Shown here: positions 60,501 through 64,000 of the stretch, piece after piece | Layout: the number at the start of each line of letters is the position of its first letter | Numbering within the stretch: the first letter of the stretch is position 1 | Assembly (NCBI GenBank): GCA_965205485.1 | Contig: OZ242180.1 | Coordinates: 1,856,001 to 1,920,000 of the forward strand | Length of the DNA stretch: 64,000 nt | Reading direction: 5' to 3' | Source: Candidatus Latescibacterota bacterium | GTDB lineage: Bacteria; Latescibacterota; UBA2968; GCA-2709665 | Position numbers and translations under genes: made by a program | The notes under the pieces: model-generated | Databases searched by the model: none | What the model saw: the letters and a program-made list of their open reading frames with translations, nothing else | What the model was told of the DNA's origin: nothing

Positions 60501-62518
60501 ACGGCCCGGATCCGGGCGCGCCTGCTGCGCCAGCCAATATCGTGGTGCAGGACTACAAGGGCGCGGACGGTGAAGGCGACCAGGGCGGCGTTGTCGTGAT
60601 CAGCTTCCCGAATTCGTCGCAGCACGACGCCGTGTCCGCCTACCAGATCTCCAGGGAGATCGACTCCACCACGGGCGTTGACGATGAAGGCAACGTGGTT
60701 GAGCTCGAAGAGCCCGTGAAGAAGTGGGTGGCCTGGACCAGCGTCAGCTTCTCGGCCGACGCCGGCGACGATATGGGCGACGCGGAAGGCGACATGCAGA
60801 CCGTGGTCGTTCCTGCCATCGACAACGTGGCCACGAACTGGGGCGTTACGGCGGTGACCGCCGCCGGTGAATCCGACATGACCACGGCCAGCAAGCGCGT
60901 GTTCACGAAGGAGAGCATCCGGCAGACGCTGCAGTTGCTGGGTATGCCCGAGGCGGAGCTTCTGACGGACGAGGAGCTGAGCAATCAGTTCAACGCGCCT
61001 GAAGACTACGTCAAGTCGCTGATCGGCGACCAGAAGAACGTCATCTTCGCGCCGGTGAATCCCGACGTGAGCGCGCTGGTGGGCAATGCGGCGGTTCCGG
61101 CGAACATCCGGACGGGCCACGCGGGCAGTTTCCTTTCGTCCGCCCGCACGGTCACGGAGGAGCCGGTGGCAGCCGTTGACGACATCGCTCCCGCCGCGGT
61201 TACCGATGCCAGTGGTACAGGCGCCGGCGGTGTGATTCTGACCTGGACGGCTTCGGCCAGCGAGGGCATTGTCGACTACATTCCGTATCGTAGCGACCCC
61301 AACGGTGATGGCAAATACATGATTCCAATCATGGGTGTGAAGGGCTACACGGTGATGCGAGGCGCGTCTGCCGACGCACTTGAGTCGGCTGGCACCCTGG
61401 CTCCCGGATCCACCCGGTTCACCGACGACAACCTGCCTGACGGCGCCACCTCGCTGGTCTATCGCATCGACGCGTTCGACGACAATAACGTGGCGATGAG
61501 CGACCTGATCACGGTCGAGAACATTTCGGTCCGTGTGAGCTTCGTGGACGCCAACGGCGATCCCGTCTACCTGATGGTGCTGCCGGCGCAAGGCGGTAAC
61601 CTCGAGGTCGACTTTGAAGACATCCTCGCCTTCGGTGCAGCCTTCGGCAGCAAGAAGGGCGATGCCAACTACAACCCGCAGGCCGACGTGAACGACGACG
61701 GCAGCGTGGACTTTGCGGACCTGGCCACGGCGGCAGCGACATTCGGCAAGACGGCCGTGCTGCCTTCCGGAAGCAAGCTGGCGGTGGTCCCGCAGCGTCC
61801 TGGCGTGAACGCCGATACGGAGATGACGCTCGAGTTGACCGGCGACAAGGTGCTGGTTGGCGAGACGATCACGTTGACGGTGTCCATGGCCAACGCCAAA
61901 GCGTTGAACGGCTACGGTCTGGAACTGGTGTATGACGCTGACAAGTTCGAATTCGTGAGCGCCGTACCCGCTGAGAACGATCTGCTGAAGTCCGATGGTG
62001 GTGAGACGCCGCTGTTCAAGAACTGGCCTGAAGAGGGTCGGGTCTCGGTGGTGAACCTCATTACCGAGTCGGGAACGGTGAGCGGCGAGGGCGCCCTGGT
62101 GACCTTCACGTTCAAGGTTCTGAGAGAGTTCGAGGACAACGCCCGCTTCGAGATCGCACAGGGCGTGGTGTTCGACGGGAATCAGCTGCAGAACCCGGTG
62201 GTGACGCTTGGCGCGCTGGACGTGCAGAGCACACCCACGGAGTTCGCGCTGCATCAGAACTATCCGAACCCGTTCAACCCGCAAACCAACATTCCGTATG
62301 ACCTGGCTGAAGGCGGCGACGTGGTCCTCCGGATCTACAACCTGCTGGGTCAGGAAGTTCGGACGCTGGTGCGCGAGCGCCAGGCGCCCGGACGGTATAC
62401 GGTGCAGTGGAGCGGTATGGACGACCGCGGAGTATCGGTTTCGAGTGGAATTTACTTCTATCAGGTCTCGGTTGCCGGTAAGTTCCAGGATGCCAAGCGG
62501 TTGATGTTGCTCAAGTAG
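57558..62518 (+). pseudogene. Giant secreted surface protein (dockerin + cohesin + FlgD-Ig/T9SS-like CTD); multiply frameshifted as assembled, probably an intact gene with sequencing errors
   Basis: AAGGAGG RBS and signal peptide MQLKTVSS...ASAQ; fragments 58438, 58882, 59552, 60165 and 60470..62518 are colinear with the 51138 paralog; cohesin-like GETITLTVSM..GYGLELVYDADKFEF; LHQNYPNPFNP..SGIYFY tail. Confidence 0.75.
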
Positions 62519-62525
62519 TCAGGAA

Positions 62526-62567
62526 GGGTATGGGAGGTCTTTCGGGGCCTCCCATACTTTAATTTTT
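62526..62567 (+). terminator. Rho-independent terminator
   Basis: GTATGGGAGG/CCTCCCATAC stem followed by TTTAATTTTT. Confidence 0.75.
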
Positions 62568-62627
62568 CCTTCTGGAGCGAGCACTCGATTCTGGAGCGAA
62601 TCACACACACCGACAAGGAGAGACGAG

Positions 62628-64000
62628 ATGTATAGAGTTAAACCGATTCTGAGCTTCGTTGCGGCTGCCGCTTTTCTTGTGGTTGTCGCTGCCGGAAGCG
62701 CCGATGCGGGCGCCCTGGCGGGCAAGAAGCTGCTGGTCGATACCGTGTTCAATATGGTTGAAGACGACGCCGACAAGGTGAACGAGGGCGTGAATACCAT
62801 CGCGCCGTCGATGACCATGGAAGGCGACACCATCAAGGTGGAGCTGTTCATCGAAGACGGTGGTGGCGTCAGCACGCTGGGTGGCGGCGTCAAGTTCGCC
62901 GACAGCAATATGGATATGATGTTTGACGAGAGCTGGAAGATCGTCGCGGTCGACGGGATCGGTACCATTCCGAACCCGCAGTCCCTGACGGCCGACCAGT
63001 TTTCGCTTCTGCAATTCCCCGCGGCTCCGCTGCCGGATAACGGGTATTTCGCCACGGTGAAGATTGTGGCGCTTTCCAACATCGAGGAAGGCGCATCCTT
63101 CTACGCAAAAACCGCGGTAATAACGACGGACGAAGTGGATTCTCTGGACGTGTCCGAAGCCGTCGTGACCGTCGAGGCCCCCAAGGGTCCGACCATCATG
63201 GCCGATCCGATGATGGGCGGGAATATGTTCCAGATCCCGGCGGACGGCAGCGTTGAGGTGACCCTTTCGCTGGACAACCTCCCGGACGACGCGAGCATCT
63301 CCTGGGCAATCCTGGGCATGGAGGGCGACGGTTCGTTGGCCGTGCTGGATACGGATGGGATGATGCTCGAACCCGACGACATGATGATGGTCACTGCTGA
63401 CATGATCGTGCTGAAGGTGTCGGGCGGAAGCCTGCAGGTGACCGGGAAGGCCATCGTGAACGGCGAGGACACCGCGCCGATAACGATAACGTTCACCCAG
63501 TTGAACCCGGCCGAACTGGCCTCGTTCGACGGCGCAATGCAGACGGACCGCGTGGTGCTGAACTGGTCCACGGTCTCGCAGACGAACAATGCGGGCTGGC
63601 GGGTCATGCGCAGCGTCGACGGCGAGACCTTCGAGGCCGTCGGTAATTTCGTTCAGGGCGCGGGAACCGCCGATGCGCTGATGAACTACAGCTTTGAAGA
63701 CAAGAACCTGCCGGGCGTGGAGAAGGTTTACTACAGGCTGGAGCAGGTGGACCTGGACGGCTCGATTTCGCAGTCGAACGTCATCGAGGTGCTTCTGGGC
63801 GCCCGGATGCCGTTGCCCACGGAGTTCGCGGTCAACGTCTATCCGAACCCGTTCAACCCCAGCACCACGATTTCGTATGAACTCCCCGAATCCGCTCCGG
63901 TTTCGGTGGTCATCTACGACGTGCTGGGCCAGCAGGTGCGTCACCTGGTTTCGCAGTTCAACTCGGCCGGTCGCTATTCGGTCCAGTGGGACGCGCGCGA
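62628..64000 (+). CDS. Secreted protein with FlgD-Ig/T9SS-like C-terminal domain (3' end beyond window)
   Basis: AAGGAG RBS, signal peptide MYRVKPILSFVAAAAFLVVVAAGSADA, PAELASF..LNWST..YYRLEQVDLDG, YPNPFNPSTTISY..IYDVLGQQVR; not in the ORF track, apparently because it has no stop in the window. Confidence 0.8.
   Translation, partial: MYRVKPILSFVAAAAFLVVVAAGSADAGALAGKKLLVDTVFNMVEDDADKVNEGVNTIAPSMTMEGDTIKVELFIEDGGGVSTLGGGVKFADSNMDMMFDESWKIVAVDGIGTIPNPQSLTADQFSLLQFPAAPLPDNGYFATVKIVALSNIEEGASFYAKTAVITTDEVDSLDVSEAVVTVEAPKGPTIMADPMMGGNMFQIPADGSVEVTLSLDNLPDDASISWAILGMEGDGSLAVLDTDGMMLEPDDMMMVTADMIVLKVSGGSLQVTGKAIVNGEDTAPITITFTQLNPAELASFDGAMQTDRVVLNWSTVSQTNNAGWRVMRSVDGETFEAVGNFVQGAGTADALMNYSFEDKNLPGVEKVYYRLEQVDLDGSISQSNVIEVLLGARMPLPTEFAVNVYPNPFNPSTTISYELPESAPVSVVIYDVLGQQVRHLVSQFNSAGRYSVQWDAR

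Noticed and set aside
51138..62518. Paralog pair as a diversity-generating retroelement or inversion cassette system
   Set aside because: No reverse transcriptase or invertase in the window, and the differences are ordinary protein-level divergence rather than adenine-specific.

Overview
High-GC bacterial chromosome segment. It is probably from an FCB-group lineage such as Ca. Latescibacterota, inferred from the YPNPFNP/FlgD-Ig C-terminal domains and the cohesin/dockerin proteins. In order it holds: an AddAB-like helicase/nuclease pair; a GT-C-like membrane protein and a PhyH dioxygenase; a glycan cluster (flippase, YfhO, GT2, sugar C-methyltransferase, epimerase, nucleotide-sugar dehydrogenase, GT4, RfaE2) running on from hisG-D-C-B; a phosphoesterase, uvrC, ogt and xerD; a broken GIY-YIG gene inside its own repeats; GHMP kinase-GT2-GT-C; degP, a sigma54 activator and a long TPR protein; ispE-tRNA-Gln-rplY-pth-hppA-rpsF-rpsR-rplI; and a locus of large secreted proteins with dockerin, cohesin and FlgD-Ig domains. 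The most unusual structure is non-coding. Roughly 6 kb of intergenic DNA is built from about ten unrelated short-repeat and hairpin families, combined as shuffled modules. Nearly all copies lie in the same orientation on the + strand whatever the direction of the flanking genes. Several frameshifts (AddA-like gene, flippase, 57.6-60.5 kb) look like long-read indel errors.
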